Positions 24,525 to 32,000 of a DNA stretch of 32,000 nucleotides are shown here, piece by piece. Every line of letters begins with the position of its first letter. The first letter of the stretch is position 1. Source of the stretch: Nostoc punctiforme PCC 73102 (lineage in GTDB: Bacteria > Cyanobacteriota > Cyanobacteriia > Cyanobacteriales > Nostocaceae); assembly GCF_000020025.1 (NCBI RefSeq), contig NC_010628.1, positions 2,970,001 to 3,002,000 on the forward strand, given 5' to 3'. The notes beneath the pieces were generated by a model that had not been told where the DNA came from, ran no database searches, and saw only the letters and a list, made by a program, of their open reading frames with translations. Made by a program: the position numbers and the translations under genes.

Positions 24525-25786
24525 CTCAACCTCATTAAGGGAATATTAACTGTAATTTTGCAACCAGAACCAGGAGTGCTATTAATATTAAAGTCACCTC
24601 CTAATGCTAAAGTGCGATCGCGCATACTATGAAGTCCAAAACCAGTAGTATTTTGCCCTAAATCAAAACCTCTACCGTTATCCTGAATTATCAATCGCAA
24701 ATTTCCTCTGATCGTAGCGAGTTCTAGTTTAACCTCTGTTGCATAAGCATATTTAGTTATATTTGTCAAAGATTCTTGAGTAATCCGGTAAATAGCAGTG
24801 TTGATTTCAGGTGGTAGAGAATATTCGAGGTTGATTTGGCAAATTGGTAAAATGCCATTGGAGCGATGAAAATTTTCTGCAAGGTTAGCGATCGCACGTT
24901 CTAAAGATTGCTCTTGTAAAGGATTAGAACGCATAGTAGAAACAGATTGGCGGACATCGTTTAGTGCTTTTGAACCTAATTCCTTTGCGGTTGCTAGAAA
25001 TGTCTCAGCCTTACCTGGGTTAGATTGCCATAGTTTTAAAGCAGTTTCTAATTGCAGATTTAAAGCAGTGAGAGAATGTCCTAATGAATCATGAATTTCA
25101 CGAGCAATGCGGTTACGTTCTTCTAAGGTAGCTTGATTTTCAATTCGCATCGCATATTCACGAAGTTTTTCATTAGCGATCGCTAGCTTTTCTCGACTGT
25201 GCCGTTCAGATAATACCGCATTCATCATTAACAACACAAAAACCAAACTCAAGCCAAATACTAGCGACCAATTCAAGGTAAGAAATCGAAATTTTTCTTG
25301 TGCTTGTGATGATGCTTGTAAATTGAATAGTTGGTATTTTAGTTGTGTCGTAAATAGAAATAACCCAAAGGATAGAGATGTAACAAATAAACGCCCAGGT
25401 AAGTTAAATATTAGGCAACTCCGAGTAACTAAAATTATATAAAGAAACGGGAAAAGACGAGCAAATCTTTCACCAAACAGCCCAGTTATTAAAATTAATA
25501 AAATTTCAATAACTGTGTATATCACCTTAGAAGTCTGGCTACTTTTGGGTAATCTTAAGCCCATTAATGCAAAAAGAATCAAACTATAAATTGATAGTTC
25601 CGGTAATAAATTACAAATTGACAAGTCTGGAAATAAACTACAGATTGTTAGTTCTGGCAGTTTAGGACGAAATCTCCGTAAGGGAGGTGGTATAACTGCT
25701 ATCAATGCAGTGATTGCCAGTAGTATCCACTCCAGATAAAGTAGAGATGGAAAAGGATGTTTTTTAATTTGAATTGGATAATTCAT
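24521..25786 (-). CDS. Membrane sensor histidine kinase (HisKA_3 / LiaS-DesK-NarX type)
   Basis: About 5-6 TM segments with no large periplasmic domain. The H-box is [20 protein letters not shown] and the ATPase carries the DNGRGF and [10 protein letters not shown] motifs. Confidence 0.9.
   Translation of the reverse strand: MNYPIQIKKHPFPSLLYLEWILLAITALIAVIPPPLRRFRPKLPELTICSLFPDLSICNLLPELSIYSLILFALMGLRLPKSSQTSKVIYTVIEILLILITGLFGERFARLFPFLYIILVTRSCLIFNLPGRLFVTSLSFGLFLFTTQLKYQLFNLQASSQAQEKFRFLTLNWSLVFGLSLVFVLLMMNAVLSERHSREKLAIANEKLREYAMRIENQATLEERNRIAREIHDSLGHSLTALNLQLETALKLWQSNPGKAETFLATAKELGSKALNDVRQSVSTMRSNPLQEQSLERAIANLAENFHRSNGILPICQINLEYSLPPEINTAIYRITQESLTNITKYAYATEVKLELATIRGNLRLIIQDNGRGFDLGQNTTGFGLHSMRDRTLALGGDFNINSTPGSGCKITVNIPLMRLR
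25580..25661 (-). repeat. 3 x 27-nt in-frame tandem repeat inside the kinase N-terminus
   Basis: Units are at 25581-25607, 25608-25634 and 25635-25661. They encode LPELTICSL / FPDLSICNL / LPELSIYSL (aa 43-69). Confidence 0.75.
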
Positions 25787-26172
25787 TGTGGTTTACCTCA
25801 AGTTATGGATAAATTATAATTTTGGAGGTAGAAGTTAAAATTTAAGGATTAAAATTCTGAGTATTTAAGTGTGGATTTCGCAATTTCAATTTTTCGTTAA
25901 GTCAAAAATTGATAGTAAAGGTGGGCTCAATACTTCTCGGATAAACCCAATAATCTCTCTTTTGGTCTGGGGAAAAGGAAATTCAAACCCTTTCCCTTTC
26001 CCCTTTTCCCCTTAACCAAAAAGTATTGAAGGTGGTCTAGGTAAAAATATGCAATAAGCTAAATAAGGATTTGCAAATCAATCATCATAAAAATGTTCAT
26101 CATTTATAATATATAACTCCTAACTTCCAACTCCTAACTATTTATTGTTAATCAAATTTGTCAAAATTCAAT

Positions 26173-26203
26173 CATGACTAAAGTCATGGGTAGAACCATG
26201 ACT
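26173..26203. promoter_or_regulatory. CATGACT heptamers in a 7-2-7 inverted arrangement plus a third direct copy; candidate NarL-family operator
   Basis: CATGACT (26173-26179), AA, then AGTCATG (26182-26188). A third CATGACT lies at 26197-26203. The site sits 71-101 nt upstream of the LTXXQ gene ATG, in the divergent intergenic region. Confidence 0.4.
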
Positions 26204-26273
26204 TTCTCCTCATGTAACTAGTAAAGATAAGTTCTTATGATAGTGACAACCAACCAGGAAAAACCCACAAGAA

Positions 26274-26792
26274 ATGAAACTCAAAGCATTATCGCTAGTC
26301 GCTGGAGCCATCGCTCTAACTTTAACTGCAACCTCCTTCGCTGTTACCGCCCAAACAGCCTCTCCTTCACCCTTGTTGCTGGCACAAACTCCACAAAAAG
26401 AAAGGGGTCCTTGGAAGGAATTAAATCTAACAGATACCCAAAAAAGCCAAATTCAGGCAATTCGCCGCGATAGCCGCGCCAAATTTGAAGCAGTTTTGAC
26501 CCCAGAACAAAAGGCAAAATTAGAAGCAGCTAAACAAGCAAGTCGGGCTGAGTGGCAAGCGCGTAAGGCTCAGGGGCAAACAGGTCAAGGTCAACGGCAA
26601 GCCGGTCAACGTCGAGGAAAGGGTGGTTATGCTGACTTAAATCTGACTGAAGCACAGAAAACCCAAATGCGACAAATTCGGGAATCTGAGAAACAACAGA
26701 TTCAAGCAATCTTAACGCCTGAACAGCGCCAAAAAATAGAGCAATATCGTCAAAATGATCCTTCGCGTCGTCAACAAGGAAATCCTCAATAA
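26274..26792 (+). CDS. Periplasmic Spy/CpxP/ZraP-like LTXXQ-motif protein
   Basis: Signal peptide MKLKALSLVAGAIALTLTATSFAVTAQ. Two LTXXQ units are present (LNLTDTQKSQIQAIR and LNLTEAQKTQMRQIR), each followed by LTPEQ(K/R)xK(L/I)E. The linker and tail are Gln/Arg-rich. Confidence 0.75.
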   Translation: MKLKALSLVAGAIALTLTATSFAVTAQTASPSPLLLAQTPQKERGPWKELNLTDTQKSQIQAIRRDSRAKFEAVLTPEQKAKLEAAKQASRAEWQARKAQGQTGQGQRQAGQRRGKGGYADLNLTEAQKTQMRQIRESEKQQIQAILTPEQRQKIEQYRQNDPSRRQQGNPQ

Positions 26793-26858
26793 TAATCTTT
26801 TAAAAAATAATAGTTTTGGGGTGGGCAATGCTGCCCATCTTATCCAAAATAAATTATG

Positions 26859-27088
26859 ATGCAACCCTTGGTTGCTTCCCCAAATCTCGCTCCTTGCCTA
26901 CAACAGGTTTTAGATTTAATCGATGCATTGCTGTAGCACGAGGACGATATGTTCTCCAAATTATGGAAATAGAGAAATTGCGTTTCTTCCCTACTGGCAC
27001 TTTTGGTAGAACTTGGGCAGATTTCCTTAATGAACACAATTTTAAACTTTTTACAACTGGTAGCCGTCGTAAACAGCTCCATGAATAG
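26859..27088 (+). pseudogene. Truncated, frameshifted Coq4-like gene relic
   Basis: MQPLVASPNLAPCLQQVLDLIDALL* in one frame is followed in another by IEKLRFFPTGTFGRTWADFLNEHNFKLFTTGSRRKQLHE*. It stops just where Coq4-family proteins continue with the H-x-x-x-H...TGY region. Family assignment is from recollection. Confidence 0.35.
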
Positions 27089-27120
27089 TTAAAAATTAAC
27101 AAGCTTCTTGCAGAAGATGC

Positions 27121-27149
27121 GGAAAGGGGAAAAACTTCATCCCCTTTCC
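27121..27149. repeat. Perfect 10-bp stem hairpin GGAAAGGGGA-9nt-TCCCCTTTCC
   Basis: Read directly. A related GGGGAAAAGG ... CCTTTTCCCC hairpin lies at 25969-26011. Confidence 0.4.
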
Positions 27150-27283
27150 CTTTCCCTATTTTAAAATTTACCTATTGATATGAAAGACTACATCGTAGTG
27201 GCAATACCCTACGGGAAGCCGTAAAGCATTTACATGAATTACCCCTACGACAGAACCCTATTTACTAGACTTTCAAGATAATT

Positions 27284-27565
27284 ATGAGTTATGAGTTAAT
27301 CAAAACTCCTAGCTTGATTAAGATGTCTCAAGAATTTGCAATTGGTAGTAAAGTCCGTGTTGTGGCACTACCACCCTACGTCAAAACTGCTGAACCTATG
27401 CCCATGCTGCGCCCCCCTGATGTTATTCACATTGGCGAAGAGGGTATAGTCCTTGACCGCCGTCCCGGTGGATATTGGGGTATTCGCTTCACTAAGGGAG
27501 CTTTTCTCTTAGATAGCCAATACATCGAAAGCATAGATAAACCTACCGAATCTGACTCTAAGTGA
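27284..27565 (+). CDS. Small conserved cyanobacterial protein (DUF3148-like by recollection)
   Basis: 93-codon ORF. The core VRVVALPPYVKTAEPMPMLRPPDVIHIGEEGIVLDRRPGGYWGIRFTKGAFLLD looks conserved. An alternative start is the ATG at 27323. Confidence 0.65.
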   Translation: MSYELIKTPSLIKMSQEFAIGSKVRVVALPPYVKTAEPMPMLRPPDVIHIGEEGIVLDRRPGGYWGIRFTKGAFLLDSQYIESIDKPTESDSK

Positions 27566-27622
27566 TATTTGGAGCAACTAAGAATTGTAAACTTGTGTAA
27601 AGTTGTAATTCTGGTTTGCACC

Positions 27623-28180
27623 ATGATTTCCCGCCGCACTTTTTTAAACATATTATTTGCCAGCTGTATTTCTGTCATCAGCTGGCTGAACTTTATACCT
27701 GCTGCTGATGCCCTTGGTGGTAAACTTCCGGCAATTAATCAACCCGCGCCAGAGTTTACTTTGCCAACTAACACAGGTGATGGCAAAATTTCCCTCTCAG
27801 ACTTGCGTGGTAAGTGGCTAGTTCTTTACTTTTATCCTAAAGACTTCACCTCTGGTTGTACTATAGAGGCTCGCCGTTTTCAGCAAGACTTACCCCAATA
27901 CCTCGCAAAAAATACCCAGATTATTGGCGTAAGCGCTGATGATATTGATTCTCATGCCAAATTTTGTGATTCGGAAGGACTAAAATTCCCACTTTTAGCT
28001 GACACTGATGGTTCAGTGAGTAAAGCTTACGGTTCGTGGCTCGGCTTCTTATCGATGCGCCATAGTTTTATCATCGATCCTCAAGGTGTTTTGCGCGAGA
28101 CTTTTGTCAAAGTCAACCCAACTGTTCATAGTTCAGAAGTGCTGGCACGATTAGAAAAGTTACAGTCTACAGCTTCTTAG
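27623..28180 (+). CDS. Peroxiredoxin, BCP/PrxQ type, with a Tat-like signal
   Basis: The peroxidatic motif is FYPKDFTSGCTIEA. The start is chosen at MISRRTFLNILFASC (twin-arginine SRRxFL motif) rather than the upstream alternative at 27569. Confidence 0.88.
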   Translation: MISRRTFLNILFASCISVISWLNFIPAADALGGKLPAINQPAPEFTLPTNTGDGKISLSDLRGKWLVLYFYPKDFTSGCTIEARRFQQDLPQYLAKNTQIIGVSADDIDSHAKFCDSEGLKFPLLADTDGSVSKAYGSWLGFLSMRHSFIIDPQGVLRETFVKVNPTVHSSEVLARLEKLQSTAS

Positions 28181-28224
28181 ATTTCAATAAACTTGAGTTC
28201 GGCGAAGCTAAAAAGCAACCGCAA

Positions 28225-28272
28225 GCAAAGTGTAACCCAACATTTTCGAGGCTTTATTGGGTTGCGCTTTGC
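28225..28272. terminator. 16-bp-stem hairpin between convergent genes (candidate bidirectional terminator / dispersed repeat)
   Basis: GCAAAGTGTAACCCAA (28225-28240) pairs with TTGGGTTGCGCTTTGC (28257-28272) at 14/16. It lies 45 nt after the peroxiredoxin stop and about 108 nt after the stop of the convergent membrane-protein gene. Confidence 0.4.
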
Positions 28273-28379
28273 TTAACCCAAGCGTATTGTCTTTTATCCC
28301 TCAAATTTAATGGAACAGACCACTAGATATTTGTTATCTGCTCCTTTAAAACACATAAAAAATTGAATCAATCCTCTCT

Positions 28380-31300
28380 CTATTGCCATGTTTGAAATTC
28401 ATCAATGGCGCTACGAATTAAAGAAGTTATCTGAGTGCGGCGGGTTTCAAAGTTGGCAGCAATATAAATCAGGAGGATGCCAACTAGTAAGCCTACAACC
28501 CATTTTAAAAAGGAGTATTGCAAACTAAAAATTACCGATTGATAGATTGTAGTAATTAAAAAAGTGGCTGTACCAATGTAGAGAAAAGCTCGCACTCGCA
28601 AAGCTAATCCGGCAAAAATGGCGATGAGGCTGAAAATTCCAGGTATCCAGGCTGTGTTTTGATTAAATAAAATTGCCCATCCACAAATTAAACCACTACC
28701 TAGCAATCTCAAAATATGGCGAGGTGCTTTGTACTCTGGTAGCCTCAGTTGGGTATCTACTTGAGCAATATAAAGCAGTGATAATCCAATTGGCGTTATA
28801 TACCATAAAGTATCAGTCAGGCGTAAGGAATCAAACCATCGGTAAACAGCCCAATTAATCAACGCCACACTAACATAAGTAAAACGGATATTTTCACCTA
28901 TTTTTGCTAGGAAAATGTAAAATCCAGCTGCGAGTAACAAGGTAATGGGGTAAGTTTGCAGTCTGGTTTCCCACAAAATTATCAGTGGGATGATATAGGC
29001 GGCTTGCTGCCAAGGTTTTTTAGACCAACCCCAACTTTCCCAAGGTAGAATGTACAGAAAATAGGCTACCACACAGGCGATCGCACCGTTCCAAGGAACT
29101 AACGGCCCAGCCCAAAATTTTCCCACTGCTGTCTCGCGCCAATAAACCCTCATACCGGCTACCTCTAATAAGCCAAGGTAAACCCACATTTCGGCTATGG
29201 TGATTCCTGCCAATATGCTGGGGGAAGTGCCCGAATTTCGTCCTTGAAAGATGGCATAACGAATCAAAAATACCCCTGTTGCTAATCCCACCAAACGGTT
29301 AATTCCAATGGGAAGCGGAATGGCAGCCATTAATAAGCAGCTACTCCAAGCCCAATGAATATGGGCAATTCTTTTCAATTCTTGGGGAGTTAGGCGTAAG
29401 TAGTTGACAAGCCAAGGTGACAAAATACGGTAAGCATACATGATACTGGCACCAAGGGCAGACATGGCAATCAATCCATCACCTAATGCTCCTCCTGAAG
29501 CTTGTGACATTTGATAGAACAAAAGTTCATAAGCAGAAATGGATACGCCAATGATTCCTAAGTACAGCAGGGGTTTAAAGTTCTCGCGCCGTCGCCCTAC
29601 ACCAATAATAATTAAAGCTACACCCAAAGAATACAAACCTGTCCACTCGGTAAAGGTGTTCAAACGCAGCAACACACTGAATGCACCATAAATTAATGGC
29701 AAAATGTGAAAGCTGCTAGGAAGTTTTTCTAATTGATGTCGTCGCCGCCACCACTCGCCGACAAGTTGAGCGATTAAACCTAAAGCGATATTTGCCATCG
29801 CTATCCTAACAATTGATCGCTCCCCAAATCCCAACACTTGGGCAATTAACAATTCTAAAGACCAACCGATGCCATAGAATGCCCAATTGTTCGGTTCTCG
29901 CCAACTGCGATAAACAATGGCTGTTAAGGTGATTAAAGTGGCAGCTAAGTACAAAAATCCCGAAGTGATAAACCCTGAGTAAATCAGCACTGAGTGTAGC
30001 GTCAAACTCAACAACTCAAAAGCACACAATGCGATCGCCCATTGATCGCTTGCGGCTGCATAATTAAGTGCTAATTCGTTTCCGCGTCGGCTCAAAACTG
30101 TCCTGGCTAACCATAGAATTAGGATGGCGATCGCGCCTACGAGAAACCAACCTCCGAGAAGGAGGTGAGGTAAACCAGGTATACCCGTCCACAGCAGCGC
30201 CACAATGAAACTCAGAGCAAATCCTTCTGTAATTACCGCAGAGATTTTGTTTCGTAAATAGCGCGTATTTACAAACATTAGCCCTGTACCTACTGCCAAA
30301 CCAATTAATCTGGTTCCTGGTAACTGTAGAGTAAGTAGCTGGGCAACTCCCACAGCCAAGACGCTCAAGTAACGGGTAGTAGTCCGACGTTCTGTAGTTG
30401 TGCAATTTGCAACACCCGTGAGAGCTATAGGCGTAACTAGCCATAAAGCTCCCAAATAAGCTTGGCTATCAGCGACACCATACCAAGATGATTCTGCATT
30501 CATCCACAATAGGAAAAAACTAGCGGCAGCTAGCCCTAAACCGATATCCCAGGCACTACGTTGCCAGACTCCTTCTTCTACGCTAAATCGCCATTCTGCA
30601 ACCATCAGAGCTAATAAAATACTTGCCCAGACTTGTTGACTCAGGGTTGGCGCAAGCCAATTAATGGTAGAGCAAAATGTTAGCACCCCGATAATGTGAG
30701 TTAGATATACCAGGGGAAGGGATGCGGGGGAACGGCGTTGAGTTACGAATGCCAGAGTGATGGTAGAAAATAGCAGATTTAGCGATCGCAATACAGGATT
30801 GACAATCGCGATCGTTGTTAAAAAAGCTCCCAGTAAGAGAGTGAGCAGTTCGCCAAATTTAGCTAATTCTCGCTTTTCGGTGCGATGTAGGCTATCTGTA
30901 AGCGCCACCATCAAAATTATGTAGGCAAATAAAGCTACACCCAGCAAAGCCCAAGGTTCATTTTGAGAATTTGTGAGTTGAGTACCAGTTGCGATCGCTA
31001 ATTTCTGTAAGCTATCAGGTACTAATCGCCAACCTAGCCAAATCGTCTCTAAACCGATGACGAAAACCGCAGCGAAGTCTAGCTTTAAACTGTACCGCCG
31101 CAATCGACTTCCCACAAACCACAAACCTAAACCACTTACAGCTATTGCTTGCCAAGGATAATTTACTACCGAAACCATCCAACCCAAAAACAGTAGAATC
31201 CCACCAAGTTTTTCCCAGAGGAAAAGAGATGAAGGGAATATTACAGTTACTTCCTCTGCTCCCCCTGCTCCCCTGCTCCCCTGCTCCCCTGCTCCTCCTG

Positions 31301-32000
31301 CCCCCTGCCCCCTGCCCCCTAGCCTCTCCTGTACTAGCCAAGTTACTAGCCAGCCGCAAATGCCAATAGCTAATCCCAACTGAGTGACATTTACCCCAGC
31401 AACAAAAATTGCCCGCACTAGCAGCACTATCAAAGCATAAATAATTACGGCGGCAGTTAAACTAATACTTAAGCTGCGGCGTAGGCGTAGCCCGTCGTAG
31501 ACATCGCTTCTATCTTCCTCACTGACAATATTAGGCTGTTGGTAATTGTGATAAATAGTAATGATGGTTGTGCCAATCATTGCCAGATAGACGGCAATTA
31601 AGGGGAATCCTGGCAATTGCCAACCCCAATGCAGATAACTCAGCCCTAGAATATTAGCTAAAGGTAATTTGCCAGTACGTAGATTGGTAAAAATAGCCCG
31701 ATTTTTGGAGAGTAAAACAGTTATAGCAGTGAGGGTAGGCCAGGCGATCGCAACTGCAACTAAATCCACAGGATTTTGCCACAATTGAAAGCTATCCATT
31801 GCCCAAAAGTTTACTGGCACTAACAAAAGGGTGGCAATCAGCAAAGTTTGAGCCGTCAATCTGAGGTTGTTTTGCCTAGTCGCCCAAAAGCTTAATCCCC
31901 AAAAACTCAGAGTATAAGCAAATAAAACTCCATACTGTCCAGAAGCGGGAAACCTTTCCCACTGACTCGCAGCTAGTACTCCAGAGGATACCACTACCAG
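28380..32000 (-). CDS. Very large polytopic membrane protein, 5' end outside the window
   Basis: The reading frame stays open to nt 32000 (at least 1,206 codons). It is almost entirely hydrophobic, with roughly 30 or more predicted TM segments, and I recognise no catalytic motif. Confidence 0.85.
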   Translation of the reverse strand: MVVVSSGVLAASQWERFPASGQYGVLFAYTLSFWGLSFWATRQNNLRLTAQTLLIATLLLVPVNFWAMDSFQLWQNPVDLVAVAIAWPTLTAITVLLSKNRAIFTNLRTGKLPLANILGLSYLHWGWQLPGFPLIAVYLAMIGTTIITIYHNYQQPNIVSEEDRSDVYDGLRLRRSLSISLTAAVIIYALIVLLVRAIFVAGVNVTQLGLAIGICGWLVTWLVQERLGGRGQGAGGAGEQGSRGAGGAEEVTVIFPSSLFLWEKLGGILLFLGWMVSVVNYPWQAIAVSGLGLWFVGSRLRRYSLKLDFAAVFVIGLETIWLGWRLVPDSLQKLAIATGTQLTNSQNEPWALLGVALFAYIILMVALTDSLHRTEKRELAKFGELLTLLLGAFLTTIAIVNPVLRSLNLLFSTITLAFVTQRRSPASLPLVYLTHIIGVLTFCSTINWLAPTLSQQVWASILLALMVAEWRFSVEEGVWQRSAWDIGLGLAAASFFLLWMNAESSWYGVADSQAYLGALWLVTPIALTGVANCTTTERRTTTRYLSVLAVGVAQLLTLQLPGTRLIGLAVGTGLMFVNTRYLRNKISAVITEGFALSFIVALLWTGIPGLPHLLLGGWFLVGAIAILILWLARTVLSRRGNELALNYAAASDQWAIALCAFELLSLTLHSVLIYSGFITSGFLYLAATLITLTAIVYRSWREPNNWAFYGIGWSLELLIAQVLGFGERSIVRIAMANIALGLIAQLVGEWWRRRHQLEKLPSSFHILPLIYGAFSVLLRLNTFTEWTGLYSLGVALIIIGVGRRRENFKPLLYLGIIGVSISAYELLFYQMSQASGGALGDGLIAMSALGASIMYAYRILSPWLVNYLRLTPQELKRIAHIHWAWSSCLLMAAIPLPIGINRLVGLATGVFLIRYAIFQGRNSGTSPSILAGITIAEMWVYLGLLEVAGMRVYWRETAVGKFWAGPLVPWNGAIACVVAYFLYILPWESWGWSKKPWQQAAYIIPLIILWETRLQTYPITLLLAAGFYIFLAKIGENIRFTYVSVALINWAVYRWFDSLRLTDTLWYITPIGLSLLYIAQVDTQLRLPEYKAPRHILRLLGSGLICGWAILFNQNTAWIPGIFSLIAIFAGLALRVRAFLYIGTATFLITTIYQSVIFSLQYSFLKWVVGLLVGILLIYIAANFETRRTQITSLIRSAIDEFQTWQ
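31252..31322. repeat. C-rich 7/8-nt microsatellite block (TGCTCCCC x3-4, TGCCCCC x3) inside the CDS
   Basis: Read directly. It is translated in frame on the minus strand as GGRGQGAGGAGEQGSRGAGGAEE, within an otherwise hydrophobic protein. Confidence 0.75.
31481..31507. repeat. Small dispersed repeat motif inside the CDS (copy of 3261-3286)
   Basis: GTAGGCGTAGCCCGTCGTAGACATCGC is translated in frame as SDVYDGLRLRR in a loop of the membrane protein. Confidence 0.5.

Noticed and set aside
25919-26035. Possible ~105-bp MITE (TCAATACTT ... AAGTATTGA) flanked by AGGTGG
   Set aside because: The inverted ends are only 9 bp and are offset by 2 nt relative to the putative duplication. That is too weak to call without other copies, so only the internal hairpin (25969-26011) is noted.
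26237-26473. 78-aa plus-strand ORF overlapping the start of the LTXXQ gene
   Set aside because: It is an alternative frame. The 26274 frame has a signal peptide and repeated LTXXQ motifs, and this one has neither.
26816-26840. Hairpin TGGGCA-ATGC-TGCCCA after the LTXXQ gene as a rho-independent terminator
   Set aside because: The stem is only 6 bp and no U-tract follows, so it is not convincing enough to annotate.
31015-31369. 114-aa minus-strand and 74-aa plus-strand ORFs over the C-rich microsatellite
   Set aside because: They are alternative frames of the simple repeat inside the long membrane-protein ORF and have a low-complexity composition.
1-32000. Search by eye for tRNA, rRNA, tmRNA or riboswitch signatures in intergenic regions
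   Set aside because: No cloverleaf-compatible GTTCGAATC-type T-arm or conserved riboswitch core was seen. A covariance-model scan would be needed to exclude small RNAs.

Overview
This looks like a chromosomal segment of a filamentous, Nostocales-type cyanobacterium. The call rests on frequent HIP1 octamers (GCGATCGC), Nostoc-style small dispersed repeats and hairpins, and the gene families present. Left to right: a Uma2 endonuclease tail relic; a decayed response-regulator paralog split by a 93-bp MITE; an APC-like permease; and a doubly frameshifted Uma2 pseudogene. An AT-rich minus-strand block (3389-9665) follows, holding an L,D-transpeptidase, a secreted unknown, a 496-aa coiled-coil/C-terminal 2-TM protein, a 115-aa acidic/Ser-rich protein and a 907-aa TPR-CHAT caspase-like protease. 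Next come a NarL-type two-component system with a 928-aa Cache/HAMP/PAS kinase, an 800-bp repeat-bearing gap, an SDR oxidoreductase, an NTF2-like secreted protein, murG and an MltA-like lytic transglycosylase. A 5,365-bp IS-derived cargo transposon follows, with perfect 36-bp terminal inverted repeats and a 5-bp ACTAC target duplication. It carries a GC-rich aldehyde/carbonyl-detoxification operon (SRPBCC, Zn-ADH, DJ-1/PfpI with a frameshift, aldo-keto reductase) and a nested 185-bp MITE. The window ends with a second NarL-type two-component system divergent from a Spy/CpxP-like LTXXQ periplasmic protein, a Coq4-like relic, a small conserved protein, a Tat-signal PrxQ/BCP peroxiredoxin, and a polytopic membrane protein of at least 1,204 aa containing in-frame repeat insertions. 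The best candidate for an undescribed system is the tightly coupled TPR-CHAT / 115-aa / 496-aa cassette, proposed here as a protease plus a putative membrane effector. The most solid sequence-level discovery is the cargo transposon and its related MITE. No rRNA, tRNA or CRISPR array was recognised.
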